52,050 nt of DNA from a virus (taxonomy: Duplodnaviria > Caudoviricetes). Shown here in pieces: positions 37,256 to 45,767 of the stretch. The notes beneath the pieces were generated by a model. That model saw nothing but the letters and a program-made list of their open reading frames with translations. It was not told the DNA's origin and made no database searches. The position numbers and the translations under genes are program-made. The stretch lies in the IMG/VR virus record IMGVR_UViG_3300031749_000006, positions 1 through 52,050 of that record; one strand, written 5' to 3'. Each line of letters opens with the position of its first letter. The stretch's first letter is position 1.

Positions 37256-37563
37256 TCAGCGGGCGCCTCAGTGCGCATCGCCATGAACGCGGCCTGATCG
37301 CTCTCGGGCAGAAGGCTGATGTGGTATTCTGTGCCGCCTCCGCGGCCGGCGCGCGGGCGCGCCTTGTCTGTGCGGTCCCAGCCTTCGCGCTGGGCAAGTG
37401 CCCAGACACCCTGTTGAGTCGCTGGCACTTGCGGCAGCCGAAATGCTGCGATCTCCTTCGCGGAAAGCCATTCCTTGCGATTTTTCGGCTGGAGCAGCCC
37501 CCTGCCGCTACCTGGCTGTTTGCAGATCCCGAGCTTGCGGATGCGATCCTCGACCGAAATCAT
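37252..37563 (-). CDS. Stand-alone Mu-type DNA-binding domain protein, paralog of the transposase N-terminus
   Basis: ATGA overlaps on both sides; EWLSA.EIAA...QREGWDRTDKAR...GRGGGTEYHISLLPES shared with the transposase. Confidence 0.8.
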   Translation of the reverse strand: MISVEDRIRKLGICKQPGSGRGLLQPKNRKEWLSAKEIAAFRLPQVPATQQGVWALAQREGWDRTDKARPRAGRGGGTEYHISLLPESDQAAFMAMRTEAPAE

Positions 37564-38054
37564 GATTGCCCGGGCCGTTTGATGCCGTAGCCCTCGAGCC
37601 ATTCGTAGAACGTCTTGTCGGTTAGACCGCGACTATGAAGCAGATTGAAATAAACTTGAGGACCATGTGCGGCGGCAAATCGGCGTTCAGCTTCCGCGCC
37701 GTCGCGCCATCCTTCGTCGTGTACTTCTGCGAATGTGTTTTGGAACAGACCATAGAGGCGCAGATCCCTCGCTTGCTTTACCTGCGGCTGGAGTGAGTCG
37801 CGCGTCCCTATTTGAAGCCATTCGAACGAAACATTGGTTGCCTGAGCGATCCGATGAAGCACCTGCCATGAGGGGCTTCGATGACCGTTGAGATACGCAC
37901 TCATGGTTGCGCGCGATACGCCTGCAATCTTGGCGAATTCAGCATCAGTTGCCGCCGCGCCCGTTGCCCGAACATGTCGAAGGCGTGCTGCAATTGAATC
38001 AGGTCCAACCTCAACGCTTGGGCGTCCTGGCCTGCCGTTCGAAAAATCGCTCAT
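37560..38054 (-). CDS. XRE-family HTH regulator
   Basis: RL..VR...EFAKIAGVSRATMSAYLNG.R.P...IAQATNVSFEWL. Confidence 0.8.
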   Translation of the reverse strand: MSDFSNGRPGRPSVEVGPDSIAARLRHVRATGAAATDAEFAKIAGVSRATMSAYLNGHRSPSWQVLHRIAQATNVSFEWLQIGTRDSLQPQVKQARDLRLYGLFQNTFAEVHDEGWRDGAEAERRFAAAHGPQVYFNLLHSRGLTDKTFYEWLEGYGIKRPGQS

Positions 38055-38200
38055 TGACCACCCATCAGCAGCGAGAGCGCGTAAAACGGCACCGACGCAT
38101 ATCGGATTGCCTCGAAGATCTGTTCGGGGAAGAGAATGAGCGCGAGCACCCAGATTCCGACGCTCAACCAGAACCAAGCAGGGAGGATGCGTTCGCCCAT
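38051..38200 (-). CDS. 49-aa membrane microprotein (below the ORF-track cut-off)
   Basis: MGERILPAWFWLSVGIWVLALILFPEQIFEAIRYASVPFYALSLLMGGQ; GGAGG RBS; TGATG and ATGA overlaps. Confidence 0.7.
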   Translation of the reverse strand: MGERILPAWFWLSVGIWVLALILFPEQIFEAIRYASVPFYALSLLMGGQ

Positions 38201-39033
38201 CACTTGCCTCCCTTTTTCTTGGCTTCGGCATTGATGAAGGCGACGATTAGGAGCCGCTCCGCTTGCTCAGCGTTGCTCCAGGCTTTTTTGACAGCTTCGA
38301 GGTTGCGAAGCGTGGCGGAAGGCAGAGCTTCCTTGGCGCCGGCGCTCCGTAGCGCATCCTCAAAACGCATGCCCGTATCTTGGACGAGCTTCAGGAGCGC
38401 AGACTGCTTGTCGCGACCAAGCCGAACAATTGCATCCAGCACAGATGCATTTCTTGACGCCGACGTCCCTTTGAGAGCGTTCCAGACATCCGCGTCGATC
38501 CCGTTTTTTCTCTTAAGGGAGCGCTGGACCGTCTTTAAATGAAGATTGAATTGGGCCGCGGTATCTTTCCAAAAGCGCGTGCCGTCTGGCTCACCATCAA
38601 AGGGACAAATTTGTCCCTTTGATCGACGATCGCCCCCGCGCGTCACTGGCCCGTGGATACGCGTCCAGACCTCGCGCCGTTCAGCGAGGAAGACGGCAAT
38701 ATCGTATGGCGTCAGTTCATGCCGATAGAGGTTCTCGTCGATTTCACGCAGCCGCAGCTCGTCTTCAGATCCCTCGATCACGACGGCCCGAAGGTGCTTC
38801 ACATTGAAACGGCGCGCTCCCTCAACGCGATGCGCGCCCGCAATCAATCGATATCGGTGCTCGCCGGGCCTCAGTTCATCATCGCCGTAGATCGGCGCCA
38901 CCATGATCGGCGTGATCTGACCGTTTTCGTTGATGGATGCGCCGATCCGCATCGCTTCGCCATCGTCGATTTCACGTAGCCGATTGGTGACCTCGATCTC
39001 GTCGATCGGGATCATGCGAACTTCAGACGTCAT
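38200..39033 (-). CDS. Phage ParB N-terminal domain protein
   Basis: RLR, GQITPI, LIAGAHR, EIDENL.R.EL. Confidence 0.88.
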   Translation of the reverse strand: MTSEVRMIPIDEIEVTNRLREIDDGEAMRIGASINENGQITPIMVAPIYGDDELRPGEHRYRLIAGAHRVEGARRFNVKHLRAVVIEGSEDELRLREIDENLYRHELTPYDIAVFLAERREVWTRIHGPVTRGGDRRSKGQICPFDGEPDGTRFWKDTAAQFNLHLKTVQRSLKRKNGIDADVWNALKGTSASRNASVLDAIVRLGRDKQSALLKLVQDTGMRFEDALRSAGAKEALPSATLRNLEAVKKAWSNAEQAERLLIVAFINAEAKKKGGK

Positions 39034-39326
39034 GCCGCATTTCCTTTTTGTTGACGGACGTATCCAATCGCGGGATGAGTCAGCCGCCGGCCGCGCGGAT
39101 CGATACGAATGGGTGAACCGTTGGCGTCGTATCGGCTCGGCCAGATTTCCTGCGGCGGAATGCCGAGGAAATCAGCGATCACCTGCTGAACGAAGGGAGC
39201 CCGGCGGCGTAAAGCGATGGACACAGCAGCACTTGAGAAACCCGCTTGGAGCCCGAGCTCCGTCAATGTCGATCCACGTTTGCGGATTGCTTCCTTCACT
39301 TCGTCAGGCGTCATGTCATGCTTCAT
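39030..39326 (-). CDS. ner: Ner-like transcriptional regulator
   Basis: IRKRG.TL..L...G...IADFLGIPPQEIWPSRY. Confidence 0.9.
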   Translation of the reverse strand: MKHDMTPDEVKEAIRKRGSTLTELGLQAGFSSAAVSIALRRRAPFVQQVIADFLGIPPQEIWPSRYDANGSPIRIDPRGRRLTHPAIGYVRQQKGNAA

Positions 39327-39417
39327 GGGTCATTCGCCACTCCATCTAAAACAAATGGATAGGCACGCGTCCCGATTCGTGTCAAGTATGATCCGTATCG
39401 AGATAAGGTTTCTCTGA
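39327..39417. promoter_or_regulatory. Divergent lysis/lysogeny control region
   Basis: Between ner and the repressor; minus-strand TTGACA at 39385-39380; TCCAT-N9-ATGGA dyad. Confidence 0.6.
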
Positions 39418-39933
39418 ATGTTCTTTTATGATGCGGCTACGGGTCGAGAAGTACCCAAACCGGACTGGGACCAATACGTTCAGGTCGAGATCTCAAAACG
39501 AGCGGAGAGACTGAAAGAGGCTGTCCGGATTGGAGGAGGCGGCGCTGCGGTCGCGCGGAAAATCGGGATGCCAATGCCAACCTTGAACAACTACCTTGGT
39601 GGTCGGGACATGAAGGCATCAGCCATGGTGCTATTGGCGGAGGCTTCGGGTGTTTCCCTGGAATGGCTTGCGACGGGACGCGGCACGCCATCGGGCGCCC
39701 TTTCAACAGTCACCGCGGAGAAGGCCGACTTACTGCCCTCCGCAATTCTGGATGCGCCGGCGAATTTCTATATCCTCGACACATGCATCCGGAGCTGCCA
39801 GTTCTTCTTTTCAAAATTAGGCGCCGTGCCAACCCTCCGCGAAGTGCTCCAGTGGATCAGCAATCCTTATCGCCAAGGCATGGGGCTTCCCGACCGGCCA
39901 ATCGACGAAACAAATGGAGATTTCTTAAAATGA
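39418..39933 (+). CDS. Prophage repressor (HTH)
   Basis: Divergent from ner; VARKIGMPMPTLNNYL...GVSLEWLATGRG. Confidence 0.8.
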   Translation: MFFYDAATGREVPKPDWDQYVQVEISKRAERLKEAVRIGGGGAAVARKIGMPMPTLNNYLGGRDMKASAMVLLAEASGVSLEWLATGRGTPSGALSTVTAEKADLLPSAILDAPANFYILDTCIRSCQFFFSKLGAVPTLREVLQWISNPYRQGMGLPDRPIDETNGDFLK

Positions 39934-40499
39934 AACACCCCTCTCAGTGGGCCGTTGGTGCTGCGTTGGGCTGCTTTCTTCTAATTTCGCCGGGACGAGC
40001 ACTCTCAAAAACCACCTTTTCTATTCCAGATGGGGCGACTGCGTGGCAGAAAATGGAACTTATGAAACATCCGAAGCTCGTAAAAGAAGGTGAATTATAT
40101 TTGCTACCTTGCAGATTTTCAAAAACAAAAGATAAAAAGCAGATCTGCGAATCAAATAGAATCGATTTTCTGATAAATTACGTTGATGCGTTCTATAACC
40201 ATATAACTGCCCAGCAAAATGTCGCCTTTGAGCTGGGCGGAGACGGCGGCACGTTAATGCCCATGCCGGGAATTTTGATCAATCATTTACAGTCTTGTGC
40301 ATGGAGGTTGGCGATTCTCAGCTCCGGGGGACCCGCCGTCGATTCGAGCGATTTGGTTTATGCTCGCGGTGATTGCAATCAGATTTCTCCTGATCTCCGG
40401 GTGGCGGCGGCAGCTCGCGCTAAGGCTATCGATCGCGAGATCTCTCACACGATTTCGGATGGTTCTTCGCCAATCTTTACAGCCGATGAATTGCGTTGA
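39930..40499 (+). CDS. Secreted/periplasmic hypothetical protein (189 aa)
   Basis: ATGA overlap with the repressor; signal-peptide-like N-terminus; lower GC. Confidence 0.7.
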   Translation: MKHPSQWAVGAALGCFLLISPGRALSKTTFSIPDGATAWQKMELMKHPKLVKEGELYLLPCRFSKTKDKKQICESNRIDFLINYVDAFYNHITAQQNVAFELGGDGGTLMPMPGILINHLQSCAWRLAILSSGGPAVDSSDLVYARGDCNQISPDLRVAAAARAKAIDREISHTISDGSSPIFTADELR

Positions 40500-40571
40500 T
40501 ATGCCCTAACGTTATTCTCTAACAATTCCGGCACCCGCCTCCCTGCTTCGAGCTTTCATCATCGTATGTGA

Positions 40572-40650
40572 GTTTGCAGTTTTAGAAAATTTCGTTGTTT
40601 TTCAAGGTTGCAGTTCGTTGCGCGGCGTCTGTTTGCAGTTTCCAGTTCGC
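40572..40650 (+). repeat. Short direct repeats G(T/G)TTGCAGTT, three copies, near the prophage end
   Basis: Copies at 40572, 40606 and 40631. Confidence 0.55.
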
Positions 40651-40988
40651 GCAACGGCTCTAAGGCTTAGTCGGCCGCCATTCGTGCCTCCGACAAACCG
40701 ATCGACGTGGTTAAGTGATTGGTGCGTGATTGAATATCCTTCGGTAGGAAGCGGCCTAAGGCGAAGCAGTCACGCTTTGGGGTGCTCTTAGGAGCCGATT
40801 GAGCGTGTCCTAAGAGGCCACTCGACAACGCGCCAGGGCGACCTTTAGATGAGCAGCCACCGCCAGCCCCGAACGCGCCGCGTCATATCGCGCGGTTCGC
40901 CGCGCCCCGTGACTTTTCAATGGTTTGTCCCACCAAATACCGGTTGATACCGTTCAATCCCGACTCCAGATTACAGTGTCAACGAACA

Positions 40989-40993
40989 TCGGG
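40989..40993 (+). repeat. Right copy of the target site duplication TCGGG
   Basis: Preceded by the terminal CA; matches 2653..2657. Confidence 0.9.
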
Positions 40994-42178
40994 CGCTGCC
41001 ACCGGCGGCTCATCCTCAGGCCGCACGTAGCCGCGCTCGACGCGCAGCGCGCCGCCACGGTCGATGCTGACGAAGGCGCCGGCGCGGACGATGTCGGCGG
41101 GGTCGAATTTCGGCGGTCGGTTCTGGAATGCCTCGATCGCCGCTTCGATTTCGGTCAGTCGTGCCTCGACCGCCTCGGGAAGTTCGTCGGCCTCGCCATA
41201 CTGCTCCTCCAGCGCGTCGTATTCGGCCTTCAGCGCATTGAACTCCGCCTGTTCGGCCTCGGTGAGGGGATTGGTGAAGGGCAGCGGGCGCAGCCCCTGC
41301 CGATGGCCGTAGGGGAAATCCGGGGCGGCCTCGACCCATTTCCAGCCTTCGGCGCGGATGGCGTCCGCCTCGCGGGCCAGCCGCTCGGCCACGAGCCGGT
41401 CGAGCAGCGCCGGATCCTGCAACCAGCCGCCCTCGTCCTCCTGGAACAGGTCGCGCATCACGATGCCGCCGGCGGCTTCGTGCGCCTCGATGCCGACGAA
41501 GCAGGCGCGCCGGTCGGTCGCGCGCACCGCGCCCTCGGTCAGCATGCGGCGGATGATGTGCGGCTCCTTGTTCCAGCCGCGCTGAACCGTCGCCCACACC
41601 TGCTCCTGCCGCGCGTGATCGTCGCTGACGCAGAACGCCATCAGCTGATCGAGCGTCAGCGCGCCCTCGGCATAGGCATCGAGCAGCGCCGGGCTGGCGG
41701 CGGCGAGCTTGAGCCGCTGGCGCACCACCGCGGCGGTGACGCCGAACGCCGCGGCGATCTCCTCCTCGCCCTGGCCCTTCGCGCGCAGCGCCTGGAAGGC
41801 GCGGAACTGGTCGAGCGGGTGCAGCGCCTCGCGGTCGATGTTCTCGGCGAGGCTATCCTCCTCGGCGAGGCCGTCGGTCTTGACGATGCAGGGGATGGGT
41901 GCGGTCTTGGCCAGGCGCTTCTGCCGGACCAGCAGTTCCAGCGCCCGGAAGCGCCGACCGCCGGCGGGCACCTCGAACATGCCCGTCTCATTGCCCTCGG
42001 CGTCCAGCACCGGGCGCACACTCAGGCTTTGCAGCAGGGAGCGGCGGGCGATGCTCTCGGCCAGCGCCTCGATCGAGACGCCGGCCTTCACGCGCCGGAC
42101 ATTGGCCTGGCTGAGGACGAGCTTGTTGAACGGGATGTCCCGGGACGGGTTCAGGACGATCTTCTGGGTCGCAGCCAT
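40989..42178 (-). pseudogene. N-terminal part of the split ParB-family gene
   Basis: IPFNKLVLSQANVRR, AGGRRFRAL, SLAENI.RE.LHPLDQFRAF; truncated at the prophage end. Confidence 0.9.
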
Positions 42179-42184
42179 CGGTGA

Positions 42185-42237
42185 TCTCCGCGGCGGGCCG
42201 GCCAGGAGCCTCTCTCCCAGCCCCTCGACCCGTCACG
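42185..42237 (-). repeat. Hairpin leader repeat, copy 1 (before parB)
   Basis: GTGACGGG...GAGAGAGGCT...CCCG(C/T)CGCGGAGA. Confidence 0.75.
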
Positions 42238-42279
42238 ACAATCCCGTCCGCCCTCTCGCTCTCGGCGGCGGCGGGCGCC

Positions 42280-42675
42280 TCAGGCGCCGGGGGCATCCGT
42301 TGCCGTTTCGGGCAGGTTGACCACCTCGGCGCCAGCGGCGCGGTAGGCCGCCGCGACTGCCACCAGGGGCGCGTAGCTGAACGGGCCATGCGGTGGTGGG
42401 TCAGGCGGCGCGCCGACGGCGACCATTGGCCCGCGAATGACGAGCCGCGCCACGGCGTCGAAGGCGACGCCACGGCTGTCGATCACCGGCAGGCCGGCTT
42501 CAATGCAGGCCGCCTTGAGCGGCTCGGGATCGTATCCCAGGAGGCGGGAGCCGTTTCCATACCAGAGTATGAAGCCGCCTCGGCCGATCGAGAGGTGGCC
42601 ACCGTCGGTCGCCAGGGCTTCGGCGATCAGGTCGGCATGGTGGGAGTGGAGGTCGACGTTTTCGGCGGCACTCAT
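42280..42675 (-). CDS. Hypothetical protein (131 aa)
   Basis: GGAGA RBS from the leader repeat and ATG at 42675. Confidence 0.65.
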   Translation of the reverse strand: MSAAENVDLHSHHADLIAEALATDGGHLSIGRGGFILWYGNGSRLLGYDPEPLKAACIEAGLPVIDSRGVAFDAVARLVIRGPMVAVGAPPDPPPHGPFSYAPLVAVAAAYRAAGAEVVNLPETATDAPGA

Positions 42676-42681
42676 GGCAGT

Positions 42682-42735
42682 TCTCCGCGACGGGCCGGCC
42701 GGAAGCCTCTCTCCCGACCTTTCGCCCCCGTCACG
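42682..42735 (-). repeat. Hairpin leader repeat, copy 2
   Basis: Same motif as 42185 and 43727. Confidence 0.75.
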
Positions 42736-43720
42736 GAACGCCGACGGCCCTCTGGCTCTCGGGCGCCGAGGCCGGGATCGCGGGACCCGATGGAGCTTCC
42801 GGCCGATCCTCATCGGGCTGGAACGCCAGCAGATAGTCGGCGGCCTTCGAGGCGGCGCTGGCGGCGCGGATGATCGCGCGATCATCGTCGCGCAGCACCT
42901 CGAGCCAGGAACCGATGTAGTCGGCGTGCCGCACGGTCGGCACGACGCCGAGGCTCGCGCAGAGGAACGCCGCCGTCATCTCGGCGACCAGTTCTTCCTT
43001 CGCGTAGCTGGCGGAGCCGAAGCCGCCGGACATGTCGCGGGCCAGGCGATTGGGCGCGCCGGACCAGTGGCCGAGCTCATGCAGCGCGGTGCGATGCCAG
43101 TTCACCGGCTCGAAATAGGCCTGCGGCGGCGGCACCTGGATGAAGTCGCCGATGACTGAATAGAACGCGCGGTCGCCGCCGATCCTGATGTCGGCGCCAC
43201 TGGCCCGGATCAGCGCCTCGGCGTGTGGCAGAATGAGGCCCTCGGGAACCGGTGGTGCCGTGGACGCGATCGTGGCGGACAGGCCTTCGCACTGATCGGT
43301 GTTGAACACGGTGAAGCGCTTGAGGAACGGGATGGCGCTCGGCTCGTCGCCGTCGCGGTCGGCGCGCTCCCGCTCGGCCTCGGGGATGAAGCGGTCGGCA
43401 TAGACCACCGTGGTGCCGCGCTCGCCCCTGCGGACATTGCCCCCGAGCCCGAGCGCCTGGCGGAAGGTGAGCCAGGCCTGGCCGGCATAGCCGCGCTCGA
43501 TGACCGCGCCCCAGAGGATCAGCACGTTGATCCCCGAATAGCGCCGGCCGGTGGCGGCGTTCTTCGGCAGGCCGACGGCCGCCCCGGTGCCCGAGGAGCC
43601 CCAGGGCTGGACCCAGGGCAGGCGTCCGGCTTCCAGCTCGGCGATGATGTTGTCGGTGATTTCGGAATAGAGGCTCGCCCGGTCCTGACCGGTACGAGCA
43701 CGAGCGGATGGACGTGACAT
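42731..43720 (-). CDS. ardC: ArdC-family antirestriction/ssDNA-binding protein with a zincin-like domain
   Basis: LY.EIT..II.ELE.G..PWVQPW, YSGIN...LW, WLTFRQA, FTVFN..Q, HELGHW, YA.EELVAE. Confidence 0.92.
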   Translation of the reverse strand: MSRPSARARTGQDRASLYSEITDNIIAELEAGRLPWVQPWGSSGTGAAVGLPKNAATGRRYSGINVLILWGAVIERGYAGQAWLTFRQALGLGGNVRRGERGTTVVYADRFIPEAERERADRDGDEPSAIPFLKRFTVFNTDQCEGLSATIASTAPPVPEGLILPHAEALIRASGADIRIGGDRAFYSVIGDFIQVPPPQAYFEPVNWHRTALHELGHWSGAPNRLARDMSGGFGSASYAKEELVAEMTAAFLCASLGVVPTVRHADYIGSWLEVLRDDDRAIIRAASAASKAADYLLAFQPDEDRPEAPSGPAIPASAPESQRAVGVP

Positions 43721-43726
43721 CGCGGA

Positions 43727-43776
43727 TCTCCGCGACGGGCGCCGCGAGCCTCTCTCGCAGTCCTGAACCCGTCACG
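43727..43776 (-). repeat. Hairpin leader repeat, copy 3 (before ardC)
   Basis: Same motif. Confidence 0.75.
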
Positions 43777-43984
43777 GCTGACCCGGCCGAACTCTCACTC
43801 TCGGATGTCGCTGCGCCCCACCCGCAGGTTGCGCATTGTCGCGCCCACCCGTCGAGTTGTGGCAGCGGAGGTTTACCTGGAGTGGCCGCTTGAAAAGACG
43901 CTGGTGGTCGACGGCTCCACGGGCGACGAGACATAACTGCCCCATGCGGGCTTCCCATCCCGAGGTAAGCACCCCGTCGCCAAT

Positions 43985-45160
43985 ATGGACTTTGGATTCC
44001 GGCGGAGGCACAACCCTCTTATGGACGAGAGGAGGACCTTCCGGCTTCGCTACGTGGGCGCCCGCTTCGAGGGCGCGAGGATGCCGCTCGACGTCCTTCC
44101 AGATTTACCCGCATTTCGAGATCTTCTGGTGGCCTACGTCAAGGCCGGGTGGCGCGAAGCCCACACGGACCGCGAGCGGTTACCAAAAGGGTTCGTCCGT
44201 GGTCTCAAGTTCGACCTTGTCGGCATAGAGAACGGCAGCGCGGTTCCAGCGATTAAATGGGACAGCGACAACGCCCAGCTCCAGTTGCCAGAATTCAGGG
44301 ACGAGATCGAGGTTCTCGTTTCCGAGGCCTTCGCGAAGTTGGTGCGTCTTGTAGACGGAGCTGCGTCCCAGACAAGCACGGACAGCCTCAACTCGGAGGA
44401 GATCCGAGCGCTCAACAGGTTCGGGTCTGGTCTCCAGTCCGACGAGCGGATCGAGTTCGTCGACCAGAAAGACACCGCAGGGAATGTCATCTACCTGGAT
44501 GCCTATCGGCGTAAGCAGCTCCTTACCCGGGGAAGGAATTCATACGAGGTCCGCTTCGACTCGGTGGGAAAGCTGCTCGGGTCAGGCGTTGATGAGATGG
44601 ATCTAAATGGCCACATCGAGATCAGCACCACCGAACACGGCACCCTTAGACTGCCGATCTCGCCTGAACGGGTCAAGGACGAGTTTGACGGCAAGATAGG
44701 AGCCGACGTGCAATTCCGGCTGATGATCGAGCTGGACAAGAGTGACCGCTTTATGCACGTGGCGGATGTACTCGAAATCGACCTAATCGATGCCAAGGTC
44801 GTGGCGGACCTGGAGCGATGCCGCGGCCGGATTGACGCGCTAAGCTCGCTGGCAGATGGATGGCACGACGGGGCCGGTAAGGCTCCTACCCAGGCGTCCG
44901 TCGCGTCGGCTCATCGCCTCCTGGCGCGCAACCCTGGTTTGGCGGCAAGCTATAGTATCTTCCCAACCGACGACGGTGGGCTGTTATTCGAATTCATGCA
45001 CGGTGACTGGGACTACGCGATCAAGATCGGGCCGGATGGTCAGGCGGAAATCTATGGGGTGGAAAGCGGCGGCGAAGGCGAAATGGAGACGGGCATACTC
45101 GACGTGGACAGCGAGCGGTTCCGAGCCAAGTTCGATGAAGCGGCTGGGGGGCGCTGGTGA
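43985..45160 (+). CDS. Uncharacterised multidomain protein (391 aa; alternative start 44021)
   Basis: Long ORF with lower GC; C-terminal L..L.DGW.DG.G..P...IFPT.DGG..FE domain. Confidence 0.8.
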   Translation: MDFGFRRRHNPLMDERRTFRLRYVGARFEGARMPLDVLPDLPAFRDLLVAYVKAGWREAHTDRERLPKGFVRGLKFDLVGIENGSAVPAIKWDSDNAQLQLPEFRDEIEVLVSEAFAKLVRLVDGAASQTSTDSLNSEEIRALNRFGSGLQSDERIEFVDQKDTAGNVIYLDAYRRKQLLTRGRNSYEVRFDSVGKLLGSGVDEMDLNGHIEISTTEHGTLRLPISPERVKDEFDGKIGADVQFRLMIELDKSDRFMHVADVLEIDLIDAKVVADLERCRGRIDALSSLADGWHDGAGKAPTQASVASAHRLLARNPGLAASYSIFPTDDGGLLFEFMHGDWDYAIKIGPDGQAEIYGVESGGEGEMETGILDVDSERFRAKFDEAAGGRW

Positions 45161-45606
45161 GCGACGAGACGACGCCGTTGCAGACAGGTGCGAGCCCAAT
45201 AGAGACACCGGCTCCACTGTCAGACGCGGCGGAAGTCCTGTTTCGGCAGATACATCCTGATCTATTTGACGGCGATCAGCCGGCGAGTTCCGCTTTTCTT
45301 CCAAGCCCGGGTGACCAGGACCAGCTTTCCACAGACCGTTCTTCGCTGACTACAGCAAAGGACGCTTATGAGCTGTACGTTGGGAACAGCCGCAAGTCGG
45401 TGGGCACCTTCGGTGTGACCGTTGGCGAATTCGGTGAGCAGGGGTTGAGTTGCTTCGCCGATCCAGTTTGCTCTGGCGGAACTATAACGGCCAACCCCGC
45501 CCACGCTAGAGTCGATTTCGGCTCACTCGGCACCAATCAGCAAAGAAAGGTGGCCAAGCGTTTGAAGAAGGCGGCTGTATCTCGAGGCATTCTTCATAGG
45601 CCCTGA
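45157..45606 (+). CDS. Uncharacterised 149-aa protein, possible ADP-ribosyltransferase/RES-like fold
   Basis: GTGA overlap; LFR...SSAF...LSTD...DP...NPAHA pattern; the fold is inferred. Confidence 0.7.
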   Translation: MSDETTPLQTGASPIETPAPLSDAAEVLFRQIHPDLFDGDQPASSAFLPSPGDQDQLSTDRSSLTTAKDAYELYVGNSRKSVGTFGVTVGEFGEQGLSCFADPVCSGGTITANPAHARVDFGSLGTNQQRKVAKRLKKAAVSRGILHRP

Positions 45607-45767
45607 ACGATGGCCCTAAGGAATGCCTCGTGTGACCGAGGCAGACTCGGTCTGCACCCAATGTGCGATGTATTGTGCTCTTTCTAGAGGGTAATAATAA
45701 TCATTCAAGAATGGCGCAATCGGCCGGTCGCTTCCAGTCAGAACAGTCAGCGGGCAGGGGTGTATGT

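Larger units (their letters stand above)
2658..40988 (-). mobile_element. Mu-like transposable prophage (contractile tail), 38,331 bp, apparently complete
   Basis: TG...CA termini, 5-bp TSD, MuA/MuB, ner, gam, mor/C and Mu-type head, tail and baseplate genes in Mu order. Confidence 0.95.

Noticed and set aside
35084-37297. 737-aa plus-strand ORF
   Set aside because: Antisense shadow of the transposase, expected in GC-rich DNA
38200-39033. Idea that the phage targeted the ICE parB through homology with its own parB
   Set aside because: The junctions are transposition-type (TG/CA with a 5-bp TSD) and the two genes show no evident DNA similarity
42185-43776. CRISPR array
   Set aside because: The repeats are separated by whole genes, and there are no cas genes
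43790-43980. oriT upstream of ardC
   Set aside because: Plausible position, but no nick motif that I can identify and no relaxase in the window
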